64,000 nucleotides of DNA from an uncultured Thermoleophilia bacterium (GTDB lineage Bacteria; Actinomycetota; Thermoleophilia; UBA2241), in contig CAVQSP010000013.1 of NCBI GenBank assembly GCA_963715985.1, forward strand, positions 611,795 through 675,794, given 5' to 3'. The notes beneath the pieces are model-generated. The model saw nothing but the letters and a program-made list of their open reading frames with translations. It had not been told where the DNA came from and did no database searches. The position numbers and the translations under genes are program-made. Shown piece after piece: positions 1-14,205 of this stretch (position 1 is the first letter of the stretch; each line of letters starts with the position of its first letter).

Positions 1-663
1 TCACGCGCGAGCTCGGGCGCGTGGACGCCGTGGTCAAGGGCGTGCGCAAGACGACGTCGCGCTGGGGCGGGCGCCTGGAGCCGTTCAACGTGTGCGACCT
101 GCTGCTGCACCCCGGCCGCAGCCTGTACACGGTGACGCAGGCACACCTCGTGGACGTCTTCCTGCACCTGCGCGAGGACCGCGAAGCGCTGACGGCGGCG
201 GCGGTCGTGTGCGAGGCCGCCGCCGGCCTCACGCCGGAGCACGAGCCGGAGGAGCGCATGTTCGCGCTCTTGCGCAACACGCTGAGCGAGCTCGACCGCG
301 GCTTCCGGGGCCCTGCCGCGTCGGCGCCGCTGGTGCTGGGTGCGCTCCTCAAGCTGCTGTACGAGGCGGGCTACCAGCCTGTGCTGGAGCAGTGCGCGTC
401 GTGTGGGGGCGGCGGACGGGCCCTGGGGTTCTCCGCGGCGCGCGGCGGCCTGGTGTGCGAAGCGCTGCCTCGGTGATTCCGTCCCGGTGACACCCGAGGC
501 CGTGGCGGCGTTCAGTGACGGCCTCGACCGGCCGCTGGCCGAGCTGCGCCTGGCCGATCCGTCGCCGGGCGTGGCGGAGGCACTGCGCGACGCCCACGAG
601 CTGTACGCCTATCACACGGGGACACGGCTGCGCGCCCTGCGGTTCGCGCGCGCGTCGCTGTGA
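1..663 (+). CDS. recO: DNA repair protein RecO (5' end outside window; apparent frameshift near 467)
   Basis: VKGVRKTTSRWGGRLEPF N-terminal motif, zinc finger CASCG...GGLVC..C split between ORFs 21..476 and 340..663; located upstream of glyQ. Confidence 0.9.
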
Positions 664-848
664 TGCAGAGGGGACTGGACAGGAACGGCGTTCGCGTCGC
701 CGTCGCGTCCGTGTCCGGACGTTCGCGTCGCCGTCGCGCCGTTCCTCACGGGCCCTCGTGTCCGGCGGGGGCCGTGCCACACACCGTACAGGTGTCGGGC
801 CCCGGGGCGGATAGAACGTTCGTCGCAGCCCGGGGGCGGGTTGCTCCG

Positions 849-878
849 TTGGTCGAGCGTGTGCGACTTTGTTAGGAT
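849..878 (+). promoter_or_regulatory. Putative sigma70-type promoter of glyQS (TTGGTC-18bp-TAGGAT, extended -10 TGn)
   Basis: TGtTAGGAT at 870-878, 25 bp upstream of glyQ start with GGAGGAG RBS. Confidence 0.45.
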
Positions 879-902
879 TGGCGCTCCCGACGCGGAGGAG
901 CA

Positions 903-1826
903 GTGAGTAACCACGGAAGCGGCGCGGACGCCCGCCGGGACATCCCCACGTTCCAGCAGGTCATCGGTCGTCTGCAGGCCTTTTGGGAAGATCAGGGCTG
1001 TGTGATCCTGCAGCCGTACCACACCGAGGTCGGGGCGGGCACGTTCAATCCCGCCACCTTCCTGCGGTGTCTCGGCCCGCGTCCCTGGCGGGCCGCCTAC
1101 GTGGAGCCGTCCACGCGGCCCACCGACGGGCGCTACGGAGAGAATCCGTACCGCCTGGGCCACTACTACCAGTACCAGGTGGTCATCAAGCCGTCGCCGG
1201 CGGACATCCAGGACGTGTACCTGCAGTCGCTCGTGGCGCTCGGCATCGACCTGCGCGAGCACGACGTACGCTTCGTCGAGGACAACTGGGAAGGCCCCAC
1301 GCTCGGCGCCTGGGGCCAGGGCTGGGAGGTCTGGGTGGACGGCATGGAGGCCACCCAGTTCACCTACTTCCAGCAGCTGGGTGGCCTCGATCTGGACCCC
1401 ATCACGGTGGAGCTCACCTACGGCCTCGAGCGCCTGGCCATGTACCTGCAGGGCGTGGACGACGTCTACGACCTCGTGTGGTCGCGCTGGGACGAGGACG
1501 GCGCCGAGGTCGTGGTGACCTACGGCGACGTGTATCGGGAGAACGAGCGCGAGTTCAGCCGCTACAGCTTCGAGGTGGCCGACACGGAGATGCTGTACCG
1601 GCACTTCCGCGAGTTCGAGGCCGAGGCCGAGCGCTGCCTCGCCGAGCGCTTGCCCGTGCCGGCCTACGACCACGTGCTCAAGTGCAGCCACGCCTTCAAC
1701 ATGCTGGACGCGCGCGGCGTCATCAGCGTGACCGATCGCACCATGCACATCGCCCGTGTGCGCGACCTCGCGCGCAAGGTCGCGGGCCAGTATCTGGACG
1801 TCACCGGCCAGGGGGGTGGGACTTGA
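903..1826 (+). CDS. glyQ: Glycine-tRNA ligase alpha subunit
   Basis: Motifs [60 protein letters not shown]. Confidence 0.98.
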   Translation: MSNHGSGADARRDIPTFQQVIGRLQAFWEDQGCVILQPYHTEVGAGTFNPATFLRCLGPRPWRAAYVEPSTRPTDGRYGENPYRLGHYYQYQVVIKPSPADIQDVYLQSLVALGIDLREHDVRFVEDNWEGPTLGAWGQGWEVWVDGMEATQFTYFQQLGGLDLDPITVELTYGLERLAMYLQGVDDVYDLVWSRWDEDGAEVVVTYGDVYRENEREFSRYSFEVADTEMLYRHFREFEAEAERCLAERLPVPAYDHVLKCSHAFNMLDARGVISVTDRTMHIARVRDLARKVAGQYLDVTGQGGGT

Positions 1827-3992
1827 GCACCCTGCTGGTCGAGATCGGCTGCGAAGAGCTGCCGTACAAGGTGTGCGAGTCGCTGGTGCGCCAGCTCCAG
1901 GGCGACGGCGAGGCGCCCGGCCTGGTGCGCCGGCTGCTGGACGAGGAGCGCCTCAGCGAGGCCGGCGCCCCGGCGCCGCGGGTGCTCGTGTCGCCACGCC
2001 GCGTCGCCGTGCTCGTGGAGGACGTGCCCGAGCTCCAGATAGCCCGCACCGACGACTTTCGCGGGCCCAAGGCGGAGGTGGCCTACGACGCCGCCGGCGA
2101 GCTGACCAAGGCCGGGCTGGGGTTCGCGCGCTCGCGCGGCGCCCAGCCCGAAGACGTGCGCCGCGAGGTGGTGGACGGCACCGAGTTCGCCGTGGTGCGC
2201 GTGGAGGCGCCCCGCGCCGCCGCCACCGACGTGCTGCCGGGCCTGCTCGCCAGGCTCGTCACCGGCCTGCAGATCCCCCGCGGCATGCGCTGGGGGCGCC
2301 GGCCCGCCGGCGAGGACGAGTACCTGCGCTTCTCGCGGCCCATCCGCTGGTTCGTGGTCATGCTCGGCGACCAGACCATCGAAGGCTCGTTCTACGGGCT
2401 CCCCGTGGGCGACGTCACGCAGGGGCACCGCGTCCTCGGCGCGCCCATCATCATCGACACCGCCGGTCACTACGAGCGCCACCTGGCCGAGCAGAAGGTC
2501 ATCGTCTCGCAGCACGAGCGGCGGCGGCTCATCGTCGAGGGTCTCGACGCGCACGCCGCCGCGCTGGGCGGCGAGTGGTCCGACCCCGGCGACGTGCTCG
2601 CCGAGATCGTCTATCTGTCTGAGTGGCCCAGCGTGGCCGGCGGCGCGCATCGACGAGCGACACCTGCGCCTGCCCGACACCGTCCTCATCACCGCGATGC
2701 AGAGCCACCAGCGGTACCTGCCGGTGCGAGACGCCGAGGGGCGTCTGCTGCCGGCCTTCCTCTACGTGAGCAACGGCGACCCGGCGGCCGAGGAGCTCGT
2801 CACGCACGGCAACGAGCGCGTGCTTGGCGGCCGCCTGGACGACGCCGAGTTCGCGTACGACCGCGACGTGGCGGAAGGCCTGGACACCATGGCCGACAGG
2901 CTCGGTGCCGTGGCGTTCCACGAGAAGCTCGGATCGCTGGCGGACAAGGCCGCGCGCCTGCAGGGGCTGGTGGCCGGGCTGGCCGCGGCGCCGGGCGTCA
3001 AGGGCGACGGCGGCAACGGCTCCGAGGCGCCGCTGGCGGAGACGCTCCGTGCTGCCGCGCGCCTGGCCAAGGCCGACCTCGTCAGCCAGGTCGTGATCGA
3101 GTTCCCGGTGCTGCAGGGCGAGATGGGCGGTATCTACGCACGCTCCGGCGGCCTCGGCGAAGCCGTGGCCGCCGCCGTCGGCGAGCACTACCGGCCGCTC
3201 TCGGCCACGGCGCCGCTGCCGGGCACGCTGGCCGGGGCCCTGCTGGCCGTGGCCGACAAGGTGGACAACATCGTGGGCGCCTGGGTGGCCGGAGAGAAGC
3301 CGTCCGGCTCGCGCGACCCGTACGGCCTGCGCCGCGCCGCCATGGGCATCGTGCGCGTCGCCCTGGAGTACGGCCTGCGCTTCTCGCTGACCGGCGTGCT
3401 GCAGTCGGCCGTGGACCAGTTCGAGCTGCAGGGGGTGGAAGGGCTCGACGACGAGCGCCGCGCCACCATCGTGGCCGGGACCGCCGCCTTCGTGCGCGAG
3501 CGTCTGCAGGTGCTGCTGCTCGATGAAGGCCAGCCTTTCCCCAGCGTCGAGGCGGCACTGGCGGCGCCGGCCGGCGACCTGCCGGCTCTGGCCGCGCGGG
3601 CGCGCGCCTTCGCGGCGATGGCCGGGCGCGACTTCTTCGAGGACGCCGTGACCGCGTACAACCGCTGCGCGGCGCTGGCCGCCAAGGACGCAGAGGCCGG
3701 GTCGCGGAACGTGGACCCGGCCCTGTTCAGCTACGATGCCGAACGCGGGCTGGCCGCGGCCGTGGAGGCCGCGCGCGGCCCGCTGCTCGAGGCGCTCTCC
3801 CACCTGGAGCTCGAGAGCGCCGTCAAAGAGGCGGCCGGCCTGCGGCCGGCCGTGGACCGCTACTTCGAGGACGTGCTGGTGATGGACCCCGACGAGGCCG
3901 TGCGGGCCAACCGCCTGGCGCAGCTCGCCGCCGTCACCGCCCTCATCGGCCGCATCGGCGAGTTCAGCCGCCTGCCGCTGGCCCAGACGTGA
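1823..3992 (+). CDS. glyS: Glycine-tRNA ligase beta subunit (apparent frameshift near 2645)
   Basis: [11 protein letters not shown] start overlapping glyQ stop (TTGA), [40 protein letters not shown]-terminal RANRL. Confidence 0.95.
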
Positions 3993-4059
3993 GCACGCAG
4001 CCACTCAGAAACAGACGCGCGCCCGTCGCGCGGTGACGGATCGCATCTCGGGAGGATCC

Positions 4060-6783
<2,724 letters not shown>

Positions 6784-6797
6784 AGGGGCGGCGCCGC

Positions 6798-7355
6798 GTG
6801 GCGAAGCTGGGCGGCGATGTCACCAGCGTGCTCCGGGACGGGCGCGCGCTGTGCGTGCGCGACGCGCGCCCGCGCGACGCGCGCCCGCTCGCGTCCCTGC
6901 TCGACGCCGTGGCCGCCGAGCCCCAGCCGGCGCTGCTCATGCTGCCCGGGCAGTTCGGCGCCGGCGTGTGGCGCAAGCGCATCACGGAGGCGCTCACCGA
7001 CCCCGGCTGCCTGCAGCTCTCCGCCTGTGTGGGCGACGAGCTCGCCGGCAACCTCGGCTTGCGGCCCGACGGGCACCCCTGCTCGGGCCACGTCGCCATG
7101 CTGGGGATGTCCGTGGCCGCCGCCTTCCGCGGGGTCGGGGTCGGCGGCGCCTTGCTCGAGACCGCGGCCACCTGGGCGGCCGCGCGCGGCGTGGTGAAGC
7201 TCACCCTCGGCGTGTTCCCCCAGAACGGGCGCGCCGTGGCGTTCTACGAGCGTCACGGCTTCGTGCGCGAGGGCTTGCGGCGTGCGCAGTACGTCCGCGC
7301 CGGGAAGTATCATGACGAGGTCCTCATGACGCGCTTCCTCACACCCGTCCCCTGA
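6798..7355 (+). CDS. GNAT family N-acetyltransferase
   Basis: 3' part of ORF 4965..7355: LGMSVAAAFRGVGVGGALL (acetyl-CoA motif A), N.RAVAFYERHGF..EG. Confidence 0.85.
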   Translation: MAKLGGDVTSVLRDGRALCVRDARPRDARPLASLLDAVAAEPQPALLMLPGQFGAGVWRKRITEALTDPGCLQLSACVGDELAGNLGLRPDGHPCSGHVAMLGMSVAAAFRGVGVGGALLETAATWAAARGVVKLTLGVFPQNGRAVAFYERHGFVREGLRRAQYVRAGKYHDEVLMTRFLTPVP

Positions 7356-7359
7356 CCCC

Positions 7360-7887
7360 GTGGACCGCGGCCGTACTCTTCGCACCGTGGTCACGGTGGC
7401 GGCGATCGTGCTCGCCGTGCTGCCGGCCGCCGTCGCGTTCGGCTTCGGCTGGCTGACGTTCGGTCACCCGTCCGTGCCCGCGGGCGGCACCGTGCCGCGC
7501 GACGCCACGCCGCCGGAGGCGTGGGCGCTGTTCGCGCTCTTCTACGTCGCCTGGATGTTCGGGCTCATGGTGCTCCTCATCTGGACCTTCGACCGCCTGG
7601 GGCACCACTGGCGCAGCTGGGACAGGGCGCCGCGCAAGGAGAAGAAGCGGCGCCTGCGGCTCACCGCCGGCCTGGGCTTCCTGGCCGGCCAGGAGAAGGC
7701 CCGCACGCAAGCCGCTACGGACGCGGCGCGCAGACGGGCGACCGCGGACGCCGCGCGCAAGCGTGCGGCGTCCGAAGCGGCGCGCGACACGGCGCGGGCA
7801 CGGGCCGCCGGCAGCGCCTCCGGTGCGCGCCCGCGGGGCGGCCCCGGCGGCGCCTCGCCGGGCTCCGGCCGCGGGGGAGGCGCCTGA
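7360..7887 (+). CDS. Hypothetical membrane protein (2 TM helices, basic Ala/Arg-rich tail)
   Basis: Two hydrophobic stretches; fills gap between GNAT and dnaG with GC3-rich codons. Confidence 0.65.
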   Translation: MDRGRTLRTVVTVAAIVLAVLPAAVAFGFGWLTFGHPSVPAGGTVPRDATPPEAWALFALFYVAWMFGLMVLLIWTFDRLGHHWRSWDRAPRKEKKRRLRLTAGLGFLAGQEKARTQAATDAARRRATADAARKRAASEAARDTARARAAGSASGARPRGGPGGASPGSGRGGGA

Positions 7888-7888
7888 C

Positions 7889-9725
7889 GTGCCGCTCATC
7901 TCCCGCGCCAGCATCGACCAGGTCCAGGCGGCCGCCGACATGCTCGAGATCGTCGGCCAGTACACGCAGCTCAAGAAGGCCGGGGCCAACTACAGCGGCC
8001 GCTGCCCGTTCCACGAGGAGAAGACGCCGTCGTTCTCCGTGAACCCTGCGGAGAAGCTCTACTACTGCTTCGGCTGCGGCGCCGGCGGCAACCTCTTCGG
8101 CTTCGTGGAGGCCAAGGAGAACCTCGACTTCGCCGGCGCCGTGGAGTACCTGGCGGACCGCTACGGCATCCAGCTCGAGTACGAGGAGACCAGCCCGCGC
8201 GGCGACGCTGAGCGCCGCCGCCGCGACCGCCTGCGCTCCCTGCTCGAGCAGGCCACCGCAGTACTACGAGCGCGTGCTTCGCGAGGGCAAGGCGGCCGCG
8301 CCGGCCCGCGAGTACCTGCTCCAGCGCGGCCTCGGGGACGAGGTCTGCGCCGCCTACCGCGTCGGCTTCAGCCTGCCCGGCTGGGAGAAGCTGCGCGAGG
8401 CCGCCGCCGGCAAGAAGTTCAGCGACCAGGAGCTGCTCGACGCCGGCCTCGTGGTGCCCGGCCAGCGCGGCCGCCCGTACGACCGCTTCCGCGGCCGCAT
8501 CATGTTCCCGCTGGCCGACGACCGTGGCCGCACCCTGGGCTTCGGGGCCCGCACCATGGGCGACGAGAAGCCCAAGTACCTCAACTCGCCGGAGACGCCG
8601 CTGTACCACAAGAGCGAAGCCCTCTTCGGCCTCCACGCCGCCAAAGCGGCCGCGGCCCGCGAGGACCGCATCTACGTGGTGGAGGGCTACACCGACGTCC
8701 TCGCCCTCGCGCAGGCGGGCGTGCAGAACGTGGTGGCCAGCATGGGTACGGCGCTCACCGAGCAGCAGCTCTCGCGCCTCTCGCGGGTCACGCGCAACCT
8801 GTACCTGTGCTTCGACGCGGACGCCGCGGGCATCGGCGCCATGAGCCGCGCCCTCACCCTGGGGCGCAGGATGGAGCTCAGCCTGCACGTGGTGCGCGTC
8901 CCGGACGGGCTGGACCCGGCCGACTACGTGCTCTCGGGGGCGGGAGGCGACGGGTTCCGCGCGCTTGCCGACGAGGCACAGACGCTGTTACAATTCCACG
9001 TCCGTTTGGCGCTGACGTCTCATGACCTCGACAAGCCCGGCGAAAGGGCACGCGCAGTGGCGCGACTCAAGGAGGTCCTCTCCGAGACGGCGACGCCGAT
9101 CGAGCGCGACGAGGAGCTGCGGTACATCGCCGATGCGCTGCGGCTCTCTCCGGAGAGTGTCGGCTACCTGCTCGCGGGCGGCGGGCGCTCCGCAGGCGGC
9201 GGAGCCGCCGACGACGACCGCCGCCGGCCGCCACAGGGCGGCGGCGCCGCGGCCGCCATCGGAGGTGCCTACGAGCTCGAGGTCCGTTTTCTGGCTGGTT
9301 GCCTCGCGTGCCCGGACAAGGGCCGTGATGTGCTGGCCGGGGTCGACGAAGGGTTCTTCGCCACGGCCGGCACGCGCGCGGCGTTACGCTCTATAAAGAC
9401 GCGGTTGGCCGTCGGCGACGCAGGGAACAAGAATCAGGCGCCGGACGACGGGGCAGGAGTCGACGAAGGTGGTGAAGTCCTCGCAGAGGTCATCGTGCGA
9501 GCTGCCGGAGACCGCTTCACCGCCACCGTGGTGGACGAGCTCTTCCTGCGTCTACAGGACGCGCAGGTGGGCAGGCTGATTGGGCGGCTCAAGGCCGCGA
9601 TGCATGGTGACGAGACCAGTACTACTACACAGGCCCGTGAGCTCGCGCAGCTGGAAGGTGTGAGACGCCGGTTGCGGGAGGCCCTCCGGGCCATCCCCGT
9701 GGACGAAGAGCCCCAGGAAGGGTAG
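7889..9725 (+). CDS. dnaG: DNA primase (apparent frameshift near 8255)
   Basis: CHC2 zinc finger [11 protein letters not shown]...[46 protein letters not shown]; adjacent to rpoD. Confidence 0.96.
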
Positions 9726-9735
9726 GACGAGCGTT

Positions 9736-10857
9736 TTGACCGAATTCGCAGAAGATCGCACCAAGGCCGCCGAACCGGCGGAGCTGTCCATCGACGAGGT
9801 CCGTCTGCTCCTGGACGAGGGCCTCGCGCAGGGCTATCTGGCGAGCGATCACATCGCAGACGCTCTGCAGGACGTCGAGCTCACTCCCGACCAGATCGAC
9901 GGCATCTACAACCTGTTCGCCGACAACGGCATCGACATCATCGAGGGCGACGTGGTGGCGGGCGAAGAGGGCCCCGAGGCCAAGCCCGAAGAAGAGGTCA
10001 TCCCCAAGCTCGACCTCTCGGTCAAGACGCCCACCAACGACCCGGTGCGCATGTACCTCAAGGAGATCGGCAAGGTCCCGCTGCTCACCGCCGAGGAAGA
10101 AGTCTCCCTGGCCAAGCGCATCGAGCGCCGCGACATGGAGGCCAAGCGCAAGCTCATCGAGGCCAACCTGCGCCTCGTGGTGTCCATCGCCAAGCGCTAC
10201 GTGGGCCGCGGCATGCTGTTCCTGGACCTCATCCAGGAGGGCAACCTCGGCCTCATCCGCGCCGTGGAGAAGTTCGACTACCGCAAGGGCTACAAGTTCA
10301 GCACCTACGCCACGTGGTGGATCCGCCAGGCCATCACCAGGGCCATCGCCGACCAGGCGCGCACCATCCGCATCCCCGTGCACATGGTCGAGACCATCAA
10401 CAAGCTCATCCGCGTCCAGCGCCAGCTGCTGCAGGACATCGGCCGCGAGCCCACGCCTGAGGAGATCGCTCACGAGATGGGCACCACGCCGCAGAAGGTC
10501 CGCGAGATCCTCAAGATCAGCCAGGAGCCGGTGAGCCTGGAGACGCCGATCGGCGAGGAAGAGGACTCGCAGCTCGGCGACTTCATCGAGGACGAAGACG
10601 CCACCATGCCGGTCGAGGCCGTGAGCGAGATCATGCAGAAGGAAGAGCTCAACATGGTCCTCGGCACGCTCACCCACCGCGAGCGCAAGGTCATCGAGCT
10701 GCGCTTCGGACTCAAGGGTGAGCACCCGCGCACGCTGGAAGAGGTGGGGCAGAAGTTCGGCGTCACACGCGAGCGCATCCGCCAGATAGAGGCCAAGACC
10801 CTGGCCAAGCTCAAGGCGTATCGCGACTCGCAGCGTCTGCGCGACTTTCTCGACTAG
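9736..10857 (+). CDS. rpoD: RNA polymerase primary sigma factor RpoD/SigA
   Basis: [59 protein letters not shown]. Confidence 0.98.
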   Translation: MTEFAEDRTKAAEPAELSIDEVRLLLDEGLAQGYLASDHIADALQDVELTPDQIDGIYNLFADNGIDIIEGDVVAGEEGPEAKPEEEVIPKLDLSVKTPTNDPVRMYLKEIGKVPLLTAEEEVSLAKRIERRDMEAKRKLIEANLRLVVSIAKRYVGRGMLFLDLIQEGNLGLIRAVEKFDYRKGYKFSTYATWWIRQAITRAIADQARTIRIPVHMVETINKLIRVQRQLLQDIGREPTPEEIAHEMGTTPQKVREILKISQEPVSLETPIGEEEDSQLGDFIEDEDATMPVEAVSEIMQKEELNMVLGTLTHRERKVIELRFGLKGEHPRTLEEVGQKFGVTRERIRQIEAKTLAKLKAYRDSQRLRDFLD

Positions 10858-10937
10858 CCGGCATGACTCCGCCCACGAGGGGGGCGCGGCAGGCGCACCC
10901 CACTGACGCCGCCGGCCAGTTGCCGTGCCCGCCTCGT

Positions 10938-10966
10938 TTGTCGCACCGTTCGCGGTGGCCTATAAT
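10938..10966 (+). promoter_or_regulatory. Sigma70 promoter of tRNA-Asn (TTGTCG-17bp-TATAAT)
   Basis: Consensus -10 TATAAT at 10961-10966, 17 bp spacer, directly upstream of tRNA. Confidence 0.8.
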
Positions 10967-10981
10967 TCTCGTCCAGAGCGG

Positions 10982-11057
<76 letters not shown>

Positions 11058-11066
11058 GTCTTCAGC

Positions 11067-11098
11067 GGGGCGCCGCGGCCTTCGGGCCGCGGCGCCCC
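11067..11098 (+). terminator. GC-rich hairpin downstream of tRNA
   Basis: 14-bp perfect stem GGGGCGCCGCGGCC / GGCCGCGGCGCCCC with TTCG loop. Confidence 0.7.
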
Positions 11099-11213
11099 TG
11101 CCGCGTACGGAGCCGGGCACCCCTCGGTACGGTTCTACTTTCGCCAGTCGGGTACACACGGTGAAACGTACGTCTGTGGCCGCGGCAGCGCGGTCGTCAA
11201 GTGAGGAGGGACC

Positions 11214-11724
11214 ATGGCGGATCCGATCGAAGAGGCCAGAAGCGAGGCTGAGGCCGACGCGGCTGCTGCGGGCGACCGGTTCAACCGGCTCGTCGAGTCG
11301 CTCGGCGGCACCGCCTCGGCGAGCGCCGTGTTCGGCGACTCCGGTCGAGAAGGACGGCGTCACCGTAGTTCCCGTAGCACGCGTGCGCTACGGCGTCGGC
11401 GGTGGTGGAGGCCGCGGCGCCGGGCGCAAGAAGAAGCGCGACGGCGGCGACGCCGCCCAAGAAGTCGGGTACGGTCACGGCGGCGGGGTGCAGGCCGCCC
11501 CCGTCGGCTACATCGAAATCAGCGGTGGCAAGGCCGAGTACAAGCGGATCGTCGATCCGGTGCGCCCGATGGCGGTGCTCATGCTGTTCCCGCTCGTCGG
11601 CGTGGTCTGCTTCGCCCTGATGGCGGTCATCAGCCTGCAGACCGCCAAGTCGGCGCGCAAGATGTTGCCTGCGATGCCGCACCTGCCCCACCTGCCGCTG
11701 CCGTCGTTCCGCTGGAACGACTAG
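11214..11724 (+). CDS. YtfJ/GerW-family protein with C-terminal TM helix (apparent frameshift near 11340)
   Basis: ASAVFG.PVEKDGVTVVPVARVRYGVGGGGG...GGGVQAAPVGYIEI motif; GAGGAGG RBS. Confidence 0.75.
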
Positions 11725-11768
11725 CGGCCGCAGGCACACCGCTCACGAGCGCCAGGGCTCACCTGACG

Positions 11769-11810
11769 GCGAGAGGGCGGGGCCGCTCCCTTTCGGCCCC
11801 GCCCTCTCGC
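11769..11810. terminator. Hairpin between convergent genes (likely bidirectional terminator)
   Basis: 17-bp stem GCGAGAGGGCGGGGCCG / CGGCCCCGCCCTCTCGC. Confidence 0.65.
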
Positions 11811-11869
11811 GGCCCTTGTGGTGGGGGCGCCGGCCGCGCGGTGCGGCCGCCGGCGCTCCCACCTTCAGC

Positions 11870-13111
11870 TCAGGTCAGGTTGTAGGCCGTCTCCCCGAAC
11901 TCCGACTCGTCCAGGCCCGTGAGCTCGACGCTGTCCGGCACGCGCACCGAGCCGAACAGGTTGATCACCTTGAGGATCGCCCACGTGGCCACGAACGCGT
12001 ACGCTGCGATCACCACGGCCGTGATGATCTGCCACGTGAAATGGTGCGTCTGACCGGTGATGAGGCCCTCGCGGCCGACGGCGATGGCGGGGTTCACCGA
12101 GCGCAGGGCGAAGACGCCGACCAGGATGATGCCCAGCGTGCCTCCGACGCCGTGGGCGGCCCACACGTCGAGGGCGTCGTCCCACTTCATCTTCTCCTTG
12201 AAGATCACGGCGAAGAAGCAGATCGAACCGGCCAACAGGCCTACGATGAACGACGCCCACGTGGGCACGTAGCCGGCGCAGGGCGTGATGCAGGCCAGCC
12301 CCGCCACGGCGCCGGTCAGCGCGCCCACGAGGCTCGGCTTGCCGTCCTTCCACCACGTGATGGCGAGCCACGTGCACATCGCGATAGAGCCGGCGATGTC
12401 GGTATTGATGAAGGCCTGCGCCGCGATGCCGTTGGCGGCCAGCGCCGAGCCGGCGTTGAAGCCGAACCACCCGAACCACAGCAGGCCGGTGCCCAGCGCG
12501 ACGAACGCCACGTTGTGGGCGACTCCGCGCTCGCCCTTGCCGAAGTGGCGCCGTCCGACGACGTACACCGAGGCCAGAGCGGCGAAGCCGGCGCTCATGT
12601 GGACCACGGCGCCGCCGGCGAAGTCCAGCACGCCCTGCTGGTACAACCAGCCGCCGCCCCACACCCAGTGCACGAAGGGGATGTAGACGATGACGCTCCA
12701 CAGCACCAGGAACCACAGGTAGCTCTTGAACTTGACGCGGTCGGCGAACGCGCCGGTGATGAGCGCCGGGGTGAGGATGGCGAACATCTCCTGGTAGACG
12801 AAGTGCGCCTCGGCCGGGATGTTGGGGGCCCAGGGCCCGGGCAGCTGTCCGACGCCGGTGAGCGCCGCCCAGCTGAAGTTGCCGAAGATCCCCCAGATGT
12901 CTCCCGAGAAGGCGATCGAGTAGCCGAAGAACACCCAGATCGTGGTCACGACGCCCATCGAGATGAACGACTGCATCATGATCGCGAGGAAGTTCTTGCG
13001 GCGGACCAGCCCCCCGTAGAAGAAGGCCAGTGCGGGTGTCATCAGCGCCACCAGCGCGGCACAGATGAGGACGAACGCGGTGTCGCCCGCGTTCACGGTG
13101 AGTCCGCCCAT
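11870..13111 (-). CDS. amtB: Ammonium transporter Amt
   Basis: MTPALAFFYGG, DFAGGAVVH, LLWFGWFGFNAGS, DDALDVWAAHGVGG; multiple TM helices. Confidence 0.96.
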   Translation of the reverse strand: MGGLTVNAGDTAFVLICAALVALMTPALAFFYGGLVRRKNFLAIMMQSFISMGVVTTIWVFFGYSIAFSGDIWGIFGNFSWAALTGVGQLPGPWAPNIPAEAHFVYQEMFAILTPALITGAFADRVKFKSYLWFLVLWSVIVYIPFVHWVWGGGWLYQQGVLDFAGGAVVHMSAGFAALASVYVVGRRHFGKGERGVAHNVAFVALGTGLLWFGWFGFNAGSALAANGIAAQAFINTDIAGSIAMCTWLAITWWKDGKPSLVGALTGAVAGLACITPCAGYVPTWASFIVGLLAGSICFFAVIFKEKMKWDDALDVWAAHGVGGTLGIILVGVFALRSVNPAIAVGREGLITGQTHHFTWQIITAVVIAAYAFVATWAILKVINLFGSVRVPDSVELTGLDESEFGETAYNLT

Positions 13112-13374
13112 GCGGGACCCCGTTATGTATCGTGCCTGGGACCCGGGAGGGAACCCTCAAGGGAGTGCGTCGGCGAACCTCACCCGCGTGCCAGACTCTG
13201 GCCGGGCGTCGATGGGGATACCCTCCAGCCACCTAGCCCGAATGGCGCGATTCTCACGCCTTGTGAACGCGAGTGCAATGTGCCCGGATGGCCCGGAACG
13301 GGACGGGCGGCGGGCCAGAATGGCCCGCCGCCCGTGAGATCGTCGATGCCGGCGAGGGCCGGTGCTCCCCAGCC

Positions 13375-14200
13375 TCAGCCCAGGATCAGCCGCTGCGGGT
13401 CGACGTCGTCGCGCAGGATGCGGAGCTCCTCGGCCGTCGGCGGCACCGCCACCGTGGCCCGCGAGAGGTCAAGCGGGAAGCCGGTGTTCTCCTGCACGCG
13501 CTCGGGCGCGACGCCCGGGTAGCGCTCGGCGAGGTACATCTCGTGCGTGTCGTCGTCGAAGCGCAGCACGCAGAGGTTGGTGACCACGGCTATCGGTCCG
13601 CCGCGGCGGTAGCCGGCACGGCGGCGCGAATCGCCGCCCTCGAGCCAGCCGGGCGTGGTGAGGTAGTCCAGCTTCTCCACGAACTTCTTGACGCCGTGCT
13701 GCATGAAGATGATGTACCCGCTGGCCAGCGAGCCGGCGTCGCAGGCGCCGCCGCTGCCGCTGAAGCGCACCGTGGGCGTCCGGTAGTCGCCGATGACCGT
13801 GGAGTTCATGTTGCCGTACTTGTCGACCTGCGCGGCGCCGAGGAAGGCGATGGTGTGCAGGCGCCGGTTGGCGACGTAGCTGAAGGCCTCGACGAGGCCG
13901 GCGTTGAGGTTGCTGAAGGCCATGACGCGCGGATCGGCCACGGCCATGGGCAACTCGTCCAGCGGCGGGCCGATGCCGCCGGTCTCGAAGAAGATGTGCG
14001 CCTGCGGGGCGTGGATGCGCTTGGCCACCGCGGCCGCGAGCATGGCCACGCCGGTGCCGGCGAAGAGCACGTCGCCGTCCTTGATGAAGCGGCCGGCGGC
14101 GATGGCCATCATCTCGCGGGGGGTGTAGACGGGCGGCCTCGGCGGCCTCGGCGGCTGCGGCGGCCTCGGCGGCTGCGGCGGTCTCGTTGTTCTCCGGCAT
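13375..14200 (-). CDS. CoA-transferase subunit B, glutaconate/3-oxoadipate type (apparent frameshift near 14130)
   Basis: EMMAIAAGR..DGDVLFAGTG, FETG, FLGAAQVDKYGNMNST, GSGGACD, VVTNLCVLRFD. Confidence 0.9.
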
Positions 14201-14205
14201 CGCGC

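Noticed and set aside
664-902. T-box riboswitch upstream of glyQS
   Set aside because: No T-box consensus (GGTGGnACCGCG) or terminator seen; the promoter appears to lie just 25 bp from the start codon
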